From assembly GCA_016748015.1 (NCBI GenBank), contig JAAOMT010000226.1, positions 354,604-418,603 on the forward strand: a DNA stretch of 64,000 nt, given 5' to 3'. The position numbers were made by a program, and so were the translations under genes. How positions within the stretch are numbered: position 1 is the first letter of the stretch; every line of letters starts with the position of its first letter. Source of the DNA: Geosiphon pyriformis uo1. Taxonomy: Eukaryota > Fungi > Glomeromycota. The notes beneath the pieces were generated by a model. The model was not told the origin of the DNA. It saw nothing but the letters and a program-made list of their open reading frames with translations, and did not search any database. Shown here piece after piece: positions 1 to 13,220 of this stretch.

Positions 1-3000
1 TTCAACTTTTGTTAATATATTAAAAATTCTATTGAAATTATTTAAGCTCAATATTTGAAAGAATTTATTTTATTTTAACAGTGATTTCAACTTTTCCTAT
101 TTTGTTATTATTGATATTATAAATAAAAAAATATTTTTAATTATATATTTTGTTTTAATATTTAAGTATTAATATTCTAGCATTTTTATTATTATATAAC
201 AATACTATATTTTTTTAAAATTAAAGCCTGGCTAAATTGATAAAAAATACAAAAATTATCAAAAAATTTATTTCAACTCTGTTATTTTTATTATTTTTTA
301 TTTAATTCATAAATGATAATAATATTTATCTTAATTTTAAGGATAAATATTAAAAAATTTAACTTATATAAAGATTTAAAATTTATTTCAGACACCTGTA
401 AAAAAATACAATACTGTGAATTAAAATTTTTAATTATACTCATCGGAACAAAAAATTGAATTATTAGAAAAATAAAAATAATTAGCTTTTTAAAATATTA
501 TAATGTTGTATTCGATAAAATAAAATATGCAAGTCAAAGCTAAATTTTAATTGTTAACTAATTATTAAAAAATAAATTATAAAATTGGGTTTTTTTTGAA
601 ATTTTTAGATACAATATTGTTTTTTATAATAAATATACTCTTATTTAATAAAAAAAATTTTTATTAAATAAAATTAATTACAGGTTTGTTATATTATTTT
701 ATAATATAACCAAAAATAGGCAATATAAACAAAAAGCATTTTTATCTTATTAAATTATTTATATACCAGAAAAAATAAAAATTTGAAAAATATGGAATGT
801 ATAAATCAAAAATTGACAAGTTAACAGATCAACAAATCTATAATTAACATAAAAATGTTGAAATAAGGTAAAATGTTCCTGAACAATTAATTAAAAATAT
901 CTTTATAATATCAATATAACACTAAATTCCAGATTTAAAATAATTGGAAAAGACTTTTTCAACATATTTTTATTTCAAGATCAAAATTAATTTTAAATTC
1001 TCTAATTAAAACATAAAGTTTTAGTAGTTGTATTATTTTTATTAACATTTACAAATTATTAGATTTTTAAAAATCAAAAACAGTAATTTTAAAATTAATC
1101 ATATTAACTAAATTACTTATATATTTTATTTGTTTTTTTTTTAAAAATCTAATATTATTTTTAATTATTATTTGTTATTTAAAGTATTTAAGTTAACTTG
1201 GTTTGTAAACAAATCTTTAGTTAATATAAAGTAGTAAATATGTTATTATATATGAAAAATTATTTTATTATGTTTTTGTATTTGTAATTTCTTTTTTATT
1301 TATTTATTTCTTATATTAAAACACAAATATGAGTTTTGGTAAATTTAAAAATGATTCATTGTGTCACAAACAATTAATTATTAAGAAAATAAAAGTAGAA
1401 ATATTAATTTAAAACAATTACAAAAACATATTTGTAAAAAATAAAAATAAATAATTAAGTAAAAAAAGTATTGATAAATCGGTTTTGTTTTATTATTATT
1501 TTTTTTTCTAATTATATTATTTGCATTTATTTAATAATTATTTGATTTATAAAGATTATGTGAATAAAAAAGTTACTTACTGATTTTTCGTTTTTATAGA
1601 ATTAAAATCTATAAAAAATTATAAAGCTAATTTAGCATTAAAATAATTATTTAAAAATAAATTTTTAATTTGAATTTAATATAATTGTAAAATTACATAA
1701 ATTTCAATTTAAAATACGACTTAAAATTATATTATAAAAATTACAAGGTTTAATTTGTATTAAAAAACAGTATTTTGAAGCATTTTTTTAATAATTTATT
1801 GTTTATGAAAATTTTTTAAATATTGCAATTTTCTATTTTTTGCAATATTGATATAAAAATATTTTTTTTCTAATAAGTTTTCTGTAAAAACCAATTACTT
1901 TTAAAGTAAAAATAATATTTTTTTTCTGATTTTATTTAAGTATTATTAACTATAATTATATATTAAAATAATTTTGTTTGTTTTTATTTAAAATGACATT
2001 ATTCCAATTTTGCATAAAATCAATTTATATACTATTGACATAACAATTGTATTTTTTTGATTCTTTAAAAATATTAAAACGATCAAATAATATTTAACAT
2101 TAAAATTTTTTGACAAAATTATAAGAATTTTGTAAGTCAAAATTTAATTAAGAGATTGAAAATTAAATTATACAATAATTCATTTTAACAGAATACATAA
2201 AATTTTAAATAAATCTTTCGGCCAAATTTTTATTAATGTATTCACAATTTTAGTTTAAAATTTTTTAAATTAGCCTAAATAAACAGTGACTGCAATTTCC
2301 TAAATTCATAAACAACTATGTAAACAATTTATGTCTTTTTATTATAAGTACAAAGTATTTATTGGAAATATTTTTTAATTTAATTTTTATTTTTAATATA
2401 AAATACAGTTTCTAATAAATATTATATTAATTAACTATTTTTAATTTCAAATTTATAAATAAATAAATTGATTTAGCAAATATAGCTTATATGTATGTTT
2501 ATATTATATTTTATTAAACAATTAATTCTTGGTCCTATTTAACAAAATTTGTCACACAAACAAACAATTTTTTACTTGGCAAATATTTTAACTAAATAAA
2601 ATCTTATACTTATACAAATTTCTACAATATTAAACATCATAAAAAAATTTTCAAGTTAAATGCTTACAACAAATTACCAGTCTTTATATTAGCATAAATT
2701 TTAATTAATGGTTTTCTAAATTATTTCTATATTAGATAAATATTTTAAATAATTTAAAAATTTTAGATATTATTTGGTCATGTTAAGTTTTTTTATACTA
2801 TTTTTTAATATATTTTTGGTCAATGCCAAATAAAAACTCTTTAAAATCAATTCTTTGTTTAATATTTTTTGTATTAAAACAGTTTACGTTTTACACTACT
2901 CTGAACTAATGTAAATTAGCACCCAAACTTTTCCAAAAGTTTTAAATTATAAACAATTTTGATTTTTTAAAATACAATTTATTTATAACATATATTTAAG

Positions 3001-3450
3001 TTTTAAATTATTTAATTACATTTATTTGCAAAAATAATATTTAAATAGTAAAATTTGATTTTTTTGTTTAATTTAAAGAAACCAAATTTTTTTAAACTAT
3101 TTTGTTTAATTAAAAATAAAGATAAAAAAATGATTTATTATAAATTTTATATGTAGTTCATTAGAATAAATTTTTACATAACTTTTCAATTTTAGATTTA
3201 AACAAAACAATAGTTTTAATTTTAAAACAAAATAATAATAATAATGTAAAAAACAATTTTTGTTTATATTCTAGATAAATTTTTTATACGAAATTTTTCC
3301 TAAAAAAACATCAAATTGATGTTATAAAAACAATTTTTAAAATTTAGAGCTAAAACAAAATATTTAAAACAATAATAGCTTTTCAAAGATTATAAATTCA
3401 TATAAAATATCAAAAAAAAATATTTTAAAACATTAATAAATTAGAACAAC
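1..3450. repeat. Extremely AT-rich eroded repeat block, family not identifiable
   Basis: Very low GC, no ORF of 60 aa or more, and the same texture as the eroded TE block at 43-55 kb. Confidence 0.45.
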
Positions 3451-3479
3451 AGAGGAAATTGGTAGATAAGCATTTTATA

Positions 3480-4352
3480 ACAAGAGGTAAAAGCTGATTA
3501 TTGTAGTGTTAACACTACTGCTCATTACAGTTATAATTGAGTGCAAACGTTCATGTGCCCCATTCTGATCAACAAAGATTTATTATCTCAGTCCGCGTAA
3601 AGTACATTTATTTGGTATACAAGATGAAGCAATGCGCGAACAACTTAATTATGTTCTTAATGAAGATAAAATTATCGGCAAAGGCCCTAATGATACGCTA
3701 AGCATGGTATTCGATGGAATAAAGAAATTGAATAAAGGCGAAAAACATTTGAAGATTACTTGTGATAATGCGGGTGGACAGAATAAAAATAATGCTACTA
3801 TTTGATTTTACTTATATTTAGTTATTTGCGGTTATTATGAAAGTATCAAATTAACTTTTATGGTACCCGGAGATACTAAATTTAAATGTGATGGTAGTTT
3901 TGGATTGATTAAAAAGCTATACCGCAAAACGACTGTAAATTGTGTGAATCATTTTGTTGAGATTGTGAAAAAATCAAGTACAGTGGTATTAAACAAAGCT
4001 CAGTGCTATGGAAATGAAAAAGGCCTTCAATACTTAGATCTTGATTCCGTGTAAGGGAATTTTCTTTAAAAAATTGAATGGTTTACAAAAATATCAGCAT
4101 TTTCTATTTGAAGCAGCTCAATCTGGAGTTGTCAAAGCCTAGCTGATTGCTAATAGTGCTTTTACTGAATTTAATTTGTTAAAAACTAGAAAAGTAAGCA
4201 TTTCTGAAATTATCAAAGAAATTGAATTCTTTTCTATCCTTGTATTTACCCCTTCTCCTTTGGATTACAAAAGGCTAGAATATCTTTATCACAATATTTG
4301 CTCATTTTTTAAAGATGAATTTAAAGACATTACTTGCCCAAAGCCAGTATAA
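3480..4352 (+). pseudogene. Degenerate DUF7869-like (DDD/E-type) transposase
   Basis: Manual translation across frameshifts and stops gives TAHYSYN*...YYLSPRKVHLFGIQDE...GKGPNDTLSM...LKITCDNAGGQNKNNATI*F...FMVPGDTKFKCDGSFGLIK...LQKYQHFLF...DITCPKPV*. The DNxxGQNKN, GHT(K)xxxD and terminal CPKP motifs are typical of this family. Confidence 0.75.
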
Positions 4353-4476
4353 AATATAATTGAGTATTTTTTATAATAAAAAAAAAGTTTAAATAAACTT
4401 TTCTTTTAATTACTTTAATGGTTAAAATAATAACAACCGTTTTGTGACTAACTATCCAGTATATTTCTATTTTTCT

Positions 4477-5740
4477 TTAAAGTTTTTTTTTAATCAGTAG
4501 GTAAGTACTTAGTGAAATAAAAATGACAAAAACTATTCCTAAACTTAATTAAGGAGTTCGATTAAATTGTTTTTCACTAGCTATTTGGGCTTCTATTTTT
4601 ACTTTTTGCTTTGTAATTCTTGTTCATGCAGAGGAGTTCCACCAATATTTTTAATTTCTCATTCTTTTGTTCAATTTCACCTCTTAATTGAGAAATTATT
4701 TGCTTCTTTCCTCAGTTTTTTTCTCTTCATTCTCTCAATACTTGTTCTTTATGTTTAAGATAGTCTTTATCACCTCTTTATTTTAAATAATAAGCTTCAG
4801 GATCTCTTAATTTTTCAGCTAATTTTTTGTTTTCCATGGTGCCAACAAATTTACTGGCTTTATTAAGTGGTCTTAGTTTTTGCCTCATCATTTTTGCAAA
4901 GTGAATTTGGGAAACAGCACAAAAGTAATATTATTCTCTTTTCACCCTTTTTCTAGTTGATCTATTTCAGAAAAGCTTTCTCCCCAATTCTTTCGTTTTT
5001 CTTTTTCATTTATTAACTTATTTTCTTTTCCTATTCACAAATAAATATAAAAATTGTGGCAATTAATTTCTTCTTCTATTTTTTGCATTAATTCTTGTAA
5101 TACTTTGCCAATTTTTTTTTTAAATTAAGAGTTATAGTAATAAAAATTTGTCATTTGAAACATGTTGCTTTGGTTCAATAGTAATGTATCCAAAAGCTAT
5201 TACATTGTGAAATCTCGCAATCACTTTGCTTTTTCAGCAATAATATTATCTGTGATGAGTTGCAAAACTTTTTCGGTTAACTCTACTTGCTCAAAAGTGA
5301 CTGGTTTATACTCTTTCACTCAACACTTATTTTCATAACTTTCTTTGTATTTTGCAACTATACATACAAAAAAATGAGAAGTGTTTTAACTAGCAAAGTT
5401 TCCTATTGGTATAGTAAAGTGGAAGCCTGCAGAATGATAAACTTTGTCTATCTTTTTTATAGTATCCTTAAAAACTGGCAATATTTCATTTCATTCATTG
5501 ATGTTCATAAAGTGTACATCTTTAATATGCTTTTTGCTTAATATTACACAATGGCATTTGTATTGAAACGAATATTGGCAAAAGTAAAAAACTACATTCT
5601 AATTTGGATACATAGCAATCATACAAATTCTTTTCATAAAGAACTACACTATTACTGCCAAGACAGACTTCTTTACAATTAGATTTGAGAAAAGCATAAT
5701 TAGATGTATTGTCTAATATTTTATTAATTATTATAATCAA
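4477..5740 (-). pseudogene. Decayed intronless HIT-family-like gene with a Lys/Glu-rich tail and C-terminal TM anchor (bacterial/Mollicutes-like)
   Basis: Minus-strand frame reads ...SNCKEVCL..VVLYEKNLY.. / HCVILSKKHIKDVHFMNINE*NEILPVFKDTIKKIDKVYHSAGFHFTIPIGNFAS*NTSHFFVCIVAKYKE. This aligns by eye to the HIT pattern GHxLxIPKxH...EEW...GFN...G..A.Q...HxHxHxxPRY. The frame continues, with a few stops and frameshifts, to ...KIEAQIASEKQFNRTP*LSLGIVFVIFISLSTYLLIKKKL*. Confidence 0.55.
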
Positions 5741-6856
5741 AAGTAATTAGTCCAAGTTATTAAAATTTTCAAAGCATTATATTAATTTTATTTGGCTTTA
5801 GATGAGATAAGATGAATAGATTTTAATAACAAAATGATAAAAGTAAATCCATAGATTTTTAAAGATATAATTAAATTTAATTATTTTTCTCAAGTCTTGA
5901 ATTTTAATTTTAAAGTTAAATATTGTAAATAGAAATTTCTTTTTTTTTAAATTAAAATTACTGTATAAAGATGATATGAGTTATAGTATTTTTAATTTTA
6001 GCTATGTTAAAGTTAATCAACAGACTGACAAACCCTTAATTGAATTGTTAAAATACTTTAACCTGGAAAAAATGTGATTTTAAAAGACTGGTTTGAAGAA
6101 ATTGCTTTTATGACTGACAACTCGAAGCAAAAATTGTTTAATTAATATATAAATTGGTTAAGAAACATAGAAGTCAATTATGGTTTTTCATAGCTAATAA
6201 CCGTTTTGTATACAAATTTAAAGGTTTATTGGTGAAAATGCACACGGTTTTTGCAAACGTGGATAAGAAAAGAAATTTTGTAATATTAATTCTCTTGGAA
6301 CATTTTGGGTTTGAGTACAGACATAAAAGTTTCATGGGATTGAGGAAAAAATCTATTGTAGTTAATAACAAAATTGTGAGTCATAGTGATTTTTTGAACA
6401 TAGTTTTAATCATATATAGTATTTGGACCACACTCAATAAAAGCGTAAAAATTGTAAAGTTAATTTTTATATAGATTTAGAAAAATATAAAACAAATAAA
6501 AAATGATGACAATGAAAAATAGTTAAAAAAGATTAACAAAAAATTAATATTTTTTTTTGGCAATTATTATTAACTTTGATTTTTTTTAAAAAATTTATTT
6601 AAAATCAAAACATAATTTAAACAAAATAAATGCAACGAATAAAATATTTAAACACTCAAAAAAACAAATTATTTTAATTTTATTTGGTTTCGAATTATGT
6701 TTTAAGTTTTCAAACAAATTTTTAAATTTAATTAACAAATTTAATTCAATAAATTTATTAAGTCAAAACTTTTATCAAATCTCCAACATTTATATGTTTT
6801 ACTATTGAATCCATTACAATAGATTCGTTTGAATAATATGTGTCTTTAATGTCGAC

Positions 6857-7145
6857 TTAATCAATAAAATATTTCGGTTAAGCATAATCAATAAAATATT
6901 TGAGTTAAGCTTAATAAATAAAATATTTCAGTCAGCTAATCAATAAAATATTTCAGTCAGCATAATCAATAAAATATTTCAGTTAAGCTTAATAAAATAA
7001 AATATGTCAGTCAGTTTAATCAACAACATATTTCAGTTAAGCTTAATAAATAAAATATGTTAGTCAGTTTAATCAATAACATATTTCAGTTAAGCTTAAT
7101 CAATAACATATTTCAGTCAGCTTAATCAAAAACATATTTAATTAG
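6857..7145 (+). repeat. Minisatellite, ~11 copies of a 25-28 bp unit (AATCAATAAAATATTTCAGT(TA/C)AGCTT)
   Basis: Directly visible head-to-tail units with two alternating variants (..GTTAAGCTT / ..GTCAGCTT) and no spacers. Confidence 0.9.
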
Positions 7146-7817
7146 CCAAAATAAAAATTTTAGAAAATAAACAATCACAGGTTTCATTGAATAAAATGAT
7201 TGGAAAGATTTTTAGATTAAATAGAAAGGCATACACATCAGTTTACAGTTTACCCTTTAAATTAAAGGCTATAGTTAGGATACAATATATAAATTTTAGA
7301 TTTTAAGCAAACCAATTTTACATAAAGTCATACGCTCGAAAAGCTTTAAAATGTGCGTTATATTCGACACATTTTGATTAAATAATGGAAAATTTGTTTG
7401 CATAATCTATTTTTTTGATAATGAGATATATATTTCACAATTTTAATGAACCGATATATTAGGTACAGCCATAATTAAATTTCAATTGGTGCTAATGATA
7501 CATGTACAAATTTCTGATATTTACGATTTTTATTAAAAAGGAGAATCCTCATAGATTGAAACGTAATTATACACCCTTGCCGGGATTTTTGACATTATTA
7601 CCTGTTGTGCAATCTTATGATATTATTATAAAATAAATTTGATCAGAAATAGAATATTTTTAAGATTGAAAGTTTATTAACCTGAAAAAAAAAATAAACC
7701 TTTGTTTACTCTTAAATGTTTCCCGATTAATTTATTCTCAAAATTGCTATTTGTATTTATTCGGTTCAAATATGCTGAAAGAATCATTTTCAACAAAGAT
7801 AATTTAAAATTCTTTGT

Positions 7818-7850
7818 GTAGTAGTAATAGTAGTAATAATAGTAATAGTG

Positions 7851-7907
<57 letters not shown>

Positions 7908-8002
7908 ATAGTAGTAGTAATAGTAGTAATAGTAGTAGTAATAGTAGTAGTAATAGTAGTAGTAATAGTAGTAGTCATAGTAATAATAGTAGTAGTAATA
8001 GT
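7818..8002. repeat. (AGT/AAT)n microsatellite
   Basis: Visible trinucleotide run. It explains the poly-T and poly-S ORFs at 7790-8038. Confidence 0.95.
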
Positions 8003-9461
8003 ATTAATATAACAGTCAGTTCAATTAATGCTTTATAGATATATATATTATTTCAAATAAATGTAATTGATCGCTGTATTCAGCATAGACTTTCCAAAAT
8101 TTCGAAACAATACATCATTTTTTTGATGGGCAATATAAAAGATTAAATTAATGGAACAATACATGCATGACAACTAATGAAATGTACATAATGAAGTTAA
8201 ACAAAGGAACCAATTAAAATTAAAACTTTCTTTGATACTGGGTTTCAAAAAAACTAAAAAGTAATCTAAAAAAAAAAGTGAAAAAGTAAAATGCAAATAG
8301 TTAAATTGTTAAATTATTGTGAAAAAAAAAAATAACCGAAAGGATAAACCTATAGATAATATTAAACTCATTTTTTGCCAAGACTTTATTCTTTGTGAAA
8401 AAAATTTAAGCTTATAGAACCATGATATAAAATTTAAATTAATTTAAACTCATGGTACAATTTTTGAATAATTTTAAAAAAATTTTTTTGTACTAATAAT
8501 TTAAAATTTAATACAAACCTTTTTTTTCAATGTTCGTACTATACATTAATTAATAGTTTCTAAATTAGAATTTTATTAATTTCCAAAATTGAACACACAT
8601 TTTTGTGGTACCGCTAAACTTTACATAAATTCAGTTTTGCGAGTTTCTTTAAATTGAGTAATAGATAATAAAATTAAAAAGGTACACTATATATTTATTC
8701 CTTTATTTATTTATTCCTTTATTTATTTATTCCTTTATTTATTTATTTATATTAATAAAAATTCATTGTGATCTATTCTAAATTAATAGATCATACACAC
8801 ATACACACACTTCTTTACAAAACCAAAAGACCTCTAAAATATTTTTGCAAGCTGTTCAATTAATTTATAGTTATTGAAAGATTAGCGGTGGTGATGGTGA
8901 AAAGATAGTGGTAGTACTGGTAACGGTAGTGGTAATGGTAATGGTAGTGGTAGTGGTAATGGTGATATTGTGATTTCCTTAATTGTTGAAAAAAGTGAAA
9001 AAATTCCTTATAATTAGGTTGTTGGTGATTATTCTTTAGCCGCATCGTGTGTATCGTGATTCTTCAAAAAAAAATTCATTCTTGATTTATAAACCGTTCC
9101 CGTTCCCGTTCCCGTTCCCTCCCTCCCTCCCTCCCTTTGAAGAAATTTTGTCTCCTCTTCATTTATGTTCTTCTTCAAATTTCTATAAAGTCATGATGAT
9201 TTCTTTGTTGAAAACATCTTATACTTGCTTCTTTAAGATATGCTTGATTTTTTGGTTTGTGTGTTGTTTGTCATCTTCTTTGAGAGAAAAAGACCCTTAT
9301 ATATTGATTATAATATTTCTTGGATGTATGTGTATATGTGTATGCGAATGCGAAAAATTTTTTATGATGATAATGAATGTTGTGATATGTGACATGCTTT
9401 TTCTGAATGAAAAAAGTTCAAGGTAAAATATGCTTAAGAGTAGGTAGGGGAATTTATCTAA

Positions 9462-9499
<38 letters not shown>

Positions 9500-10066
9500 T
9501 AATTTCATTATTATTATTGAATAATAGAAAAAATAATGATTACTCCTATTTCCTACTACTTTTGTGTTGTTTTATGGCAACCTGGCCAATGAAAAAAATG
9601 AAAAATTGCTTTATGTCAAATGCTATATAATATATGTATAGATGTATTTTTGAAACCGAGGATAATAAAATAAAATAAAAGTTCTTTCTGTGAGGGTTCC
9701 TTTTTTTCAAGCGAACCAGCGCGTTTTTTCTCGTAAAAACTAAAACAGAACATAAAAATGTACACAATTTTTACAATATGTAAAACCGAATGAATCACAT
9801 AATGCACCAAAGGCAAGACAATAGTACCGAATGAATGAATGAATGATTGAAAAAGGGTAAAACACAGTAAAGGTTATTGGGATCGGGGAAAAGTAAAAAC
9901 TCGAAAAAGTATCAAACTTCATACAAGCAAAAATAAAAATCACGTTATTCCCTATCAAAATGTATATATATATATTACAAAAAAAAAAAAAAAATTTTTT
10001 GAGGGGATGATTCAACAAAATTTTCAAAAAAGGAAATTTAGGTAACTTGGACAAAAAGTAGCATTT

Positions 10067-11412
10067 TTACCAGGCACGTAGACCCCCAAGGATAGGTGAT
10101 GAAGTCACTGTGGGATTTTCAACTGAACTAACAGAAGAATGTCGTTCATAAGGATCTTCAATATCATCATTATGATCTTGCCCATGATGTTGATGAGCTG
10201 GGAGAGCTGAATCTCCAGCTTCGGCTTGTAAAGCAGCGGCTGCTAACATGTCTAAAGTTGGATTGTATTGAAGTCCTGGATTGGAGGAATCATGAAAATT
10301 TGATTGATGATGATTTGGATGTGACAATTGGGTGGTTGAATGTTGTTGCTGTTGTGATTGTGTTGATTGTTGCTGTTGCTGTTGTTGTGACGATGAGGAT
10401 GATGAGGATGATGAGGATGATGATGAAGCTGGTGGTGGTGGTTGTTGTTGTTGGGACTGCTGCTGCTGCTGCTGTGGATTTATTTGATGATATGTCGTTG
10501 TTGTTGTAGTTGTTGGGTATCCAGGAAATTGAAGGGTTGTTGTACAATTAGAAGCAGGTGATTGGTGAAAAAATTGGGGATGATGAAATGCTGCAGCAGT
10601 TGCCTGCAAATGAGTTGGTGTTGGTGGTGAAGGAGCATTAGATTGAAAAATTGGAAGAATTGTATAAGGGGATGCAAATTGTGCGGCACTCATATAAGTT
10701 GTGGCAACTGGTAAAAAACTTTGAGTTGCCAATTGCAATTGTCCATGATGCGAATGCTGCTGTTGTTGATCTTTATCGGATGATTGAGTTGATGTGACAT
10801 TATTATCATGATGATGGTGATGATGATGATGATGTTGATTAGGATGATGATGTTGATTTGTTTGACGTGGATCCTCCGTTGTAGGAGAAAGCATCGCAGT
10901 TTGAGAATTAATTCCACCTTGAAGGACATTATTCGGAAACATTGTCAAATTATGAAAATATATTGCACCACCACCTGCCGTTGAAGAAATTGGCATTGGA
11001 ATGAGTTCAGGACTATAACCATCAAGTTGTGACATTCCTGAACTCATTGAAGTTGGTTGTGGATTATTTTTTGCCTTTTGACGTTGATTTTGAAACCAAA
11101 TTTGAACTGTTCTTGGATGCATATTCAATGCATTTGCAAGAGCTTCTCGCATTTCTGTTGATGGAAATGAAGTTACGGCTAATACTTTTCGAAGTACTCG
11201 AGATTGATAAGGTGAAGTGACGTTTCGTGATCTCTTTCGACGAGCGTTTGAAAGTAATTCTTGATTCTTTGGATTCTCTTCGTTAACAGGAAAAACCATG
11301 GTAGCATCTGTGACTTGGTTCACAATTTTCATATCTAGATCACTTTCATTATGGTGATGATGATTGTGATGATGATGTTGATTATTATTATTATTATTAT
11401 TATTATTGTTAC

Positions 11413-11457
<45 letters not shown>

Positions 11458-11881
11458 TAATATGAAGTCCATCATCACCATTTCTATTGATACCTATTGA
11501 TAAATGATGATCGTTCGTCTCGGTTGGCGAAGAAGGTGGCCAAACCCTTGTAGCGAATAAATCAGCAGGAGGTTCTCCTGATTCCTTAAGAATATGTTTT
11601 AAAAGTATGACTTCGGTTTGAGTGAAACTTCTGTTGACGCTATAACTAGACCTATAGCCTGGTGTAGGGTCAGGATATTTTGGTTTTCTTCCTCTACGTT
11701 TTTGACGTTCTCCATCTTCAGCATTCGCGTTCAACGTATTCGAAGACATGTCCAAGAGGTCACCAGTTGGTCCAAGTTCTGTATTTATTTCTCTTGGAGA
11801 GGAACTCTGAGAAGAGTTTGTGGTATTCGAAGACGAGTTCGTCGAGCTCGTTATTTGATGTTCGGTATCAATCAAAGACAT
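10067..11881 (-). CDS. Homeobox transcription factor (604 aa, Q50 homeodomain, AT-hook-like motif, N/H/Q/S low-complexity tracts)
   Basis: Intact ORF. Homeodomain RRKRSRNVTSPYQSRVLRKVLAVTSFPSTEMREALANALNMHPRTVQIWFQNQRQKAKN at ~11064-11243. KRRGRKPK near the N-terminus and LDMLAAAAL near the C-terminus. Confidence 0.93.
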
Positions 11882-13154
11882 TAGGAAAGTTTCTCGAGAG
11901 AAATAAAAAAAAAAGTTAAAAATGGTCCAAGTCGTCTACTGTATATATTTATGAAAAGACTTTTTTCAATGATTTTTTTTTTCGATTCAAGAAAAATTTT
12001 ATTATTATTATTATTATTATTATAGCTTCACAAAAAAATTTTCAAGTTTTAGTTAGGCGTACAATAAAAAATAATTTTCAAGAGAAAATAAAGTTTATAA
12101 AATTTTTAATCAAAAGAAAGGGAGGTGAAAAGAGCCACTCTATCGAAAAGTGGGACTAATTTGTTAAGTAGAAAGAATTTTTTTACTCTTTCTTTTCAAA
12201 ACTAAATTTAAAATGGTTCTGGGATTGAAATATATAGATTATTTAAGATCTAATAAATTGAACTGAGGGTAACACTAAGATAAAATAAAAGAACCAATTC
12301 CAAATTTAGAACGTGGTTAATTTAACATTATCGTTTCAGTTTAAACTTTCTGCACCAAAAAAAGTTTCAATTTATTCAATCGACGAAAATGTTCAAATAA
12401 GGGACTAATTCAATAACCTGTTTTGAACTCTTATGAAAAAAATTCTAACTCATTTATTTCTTTTGCTTTTCTGATGCGTAATAGAATCGTTGGTTAGTAG
12501 CAAGAAAAAAGCGGGCAACCAAAAAAATAGACTGGTTGGGGATAATTCGGAAATTAGTATATTTTGCTGCACACACTTATTTTTTATTTTATTTTTTTGC
12601 ATAGTATATGTGAAAAAGACTTTTTATTTTTTATTATTATTTTTTATTATTATTTTTTATTATTATTTTTTATTATTATTATTATTATTATTATTTTTAT
12701 TTTTATTTTTATTTCTCCTACAAATCATTCACTCTCAATTTATTTTTCCAAGTGAGCGGTTATCAAAAAATGTAAATATGATAAATTTGACTAACCTCCT
12801 TTTGCTTATTTATTTATGTTGCAGATTATGACTATCGTATCGCCTTAGTAGCCAATTTCTTAATACTTTTTCCATAAAAGTTTATAACGGAAAATCTTGA
12901 TCTTAGACTGGAATCAATTTCGTTTTAGCCCAAAAAAATAATATTAAACAAAGGCGAGATGATATTTTGTGTGATTTCAAAACTCCTATCATTGAAAACA
13001 AACATTGAAAAGTAATAAAATCAATTAACTGCTGGAAAGTTCCGCATATAATATGTTACCCCGCTTTATTTACTGTTGGGTTAAAACGCCAAAAAGTATT
13101 CATAAATTTTAACTAACTAACTAATATTTATCAGCCCGTAATAACTGTAATAAT

Positions 13155-13155
13155 T

Positions 13156-13220
<65 letters not shown>
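13155..13220. repeat. (AAT)n microsatellite
   Basis: Visible run. Confidence 0.95.

Noticed and set aside
5522-5740. MULE SWIM zinc finger
   Set aside because: The Cys/His pattern is incomplete. The adjacent frame fits a HIT fold much better.
6857-7145. CRISPR-like array
   Set aside because: Units are contiguous with no unique spacers, there are no cas genes, and the context is eukaryotic.
7790-8038. Poly-Thr / poly-Ser ORFs
   Set aside because: By-products of the (AGT)n microsatellite. The same applies to the poly-M and poly-K ORFs at 14569, 17746 and 18507.
10067-11881. Mating-type HD1/HD2 locus
   Set aside because: Single homeobox gene with no divergent HD partner nearby and no recognisable MAT flanking genes.
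10258-11919. Short ORFs overlapping the homeobox gene
   Set aside because: Alternative-frame or antisense shadows of low-complexity coding sequence.
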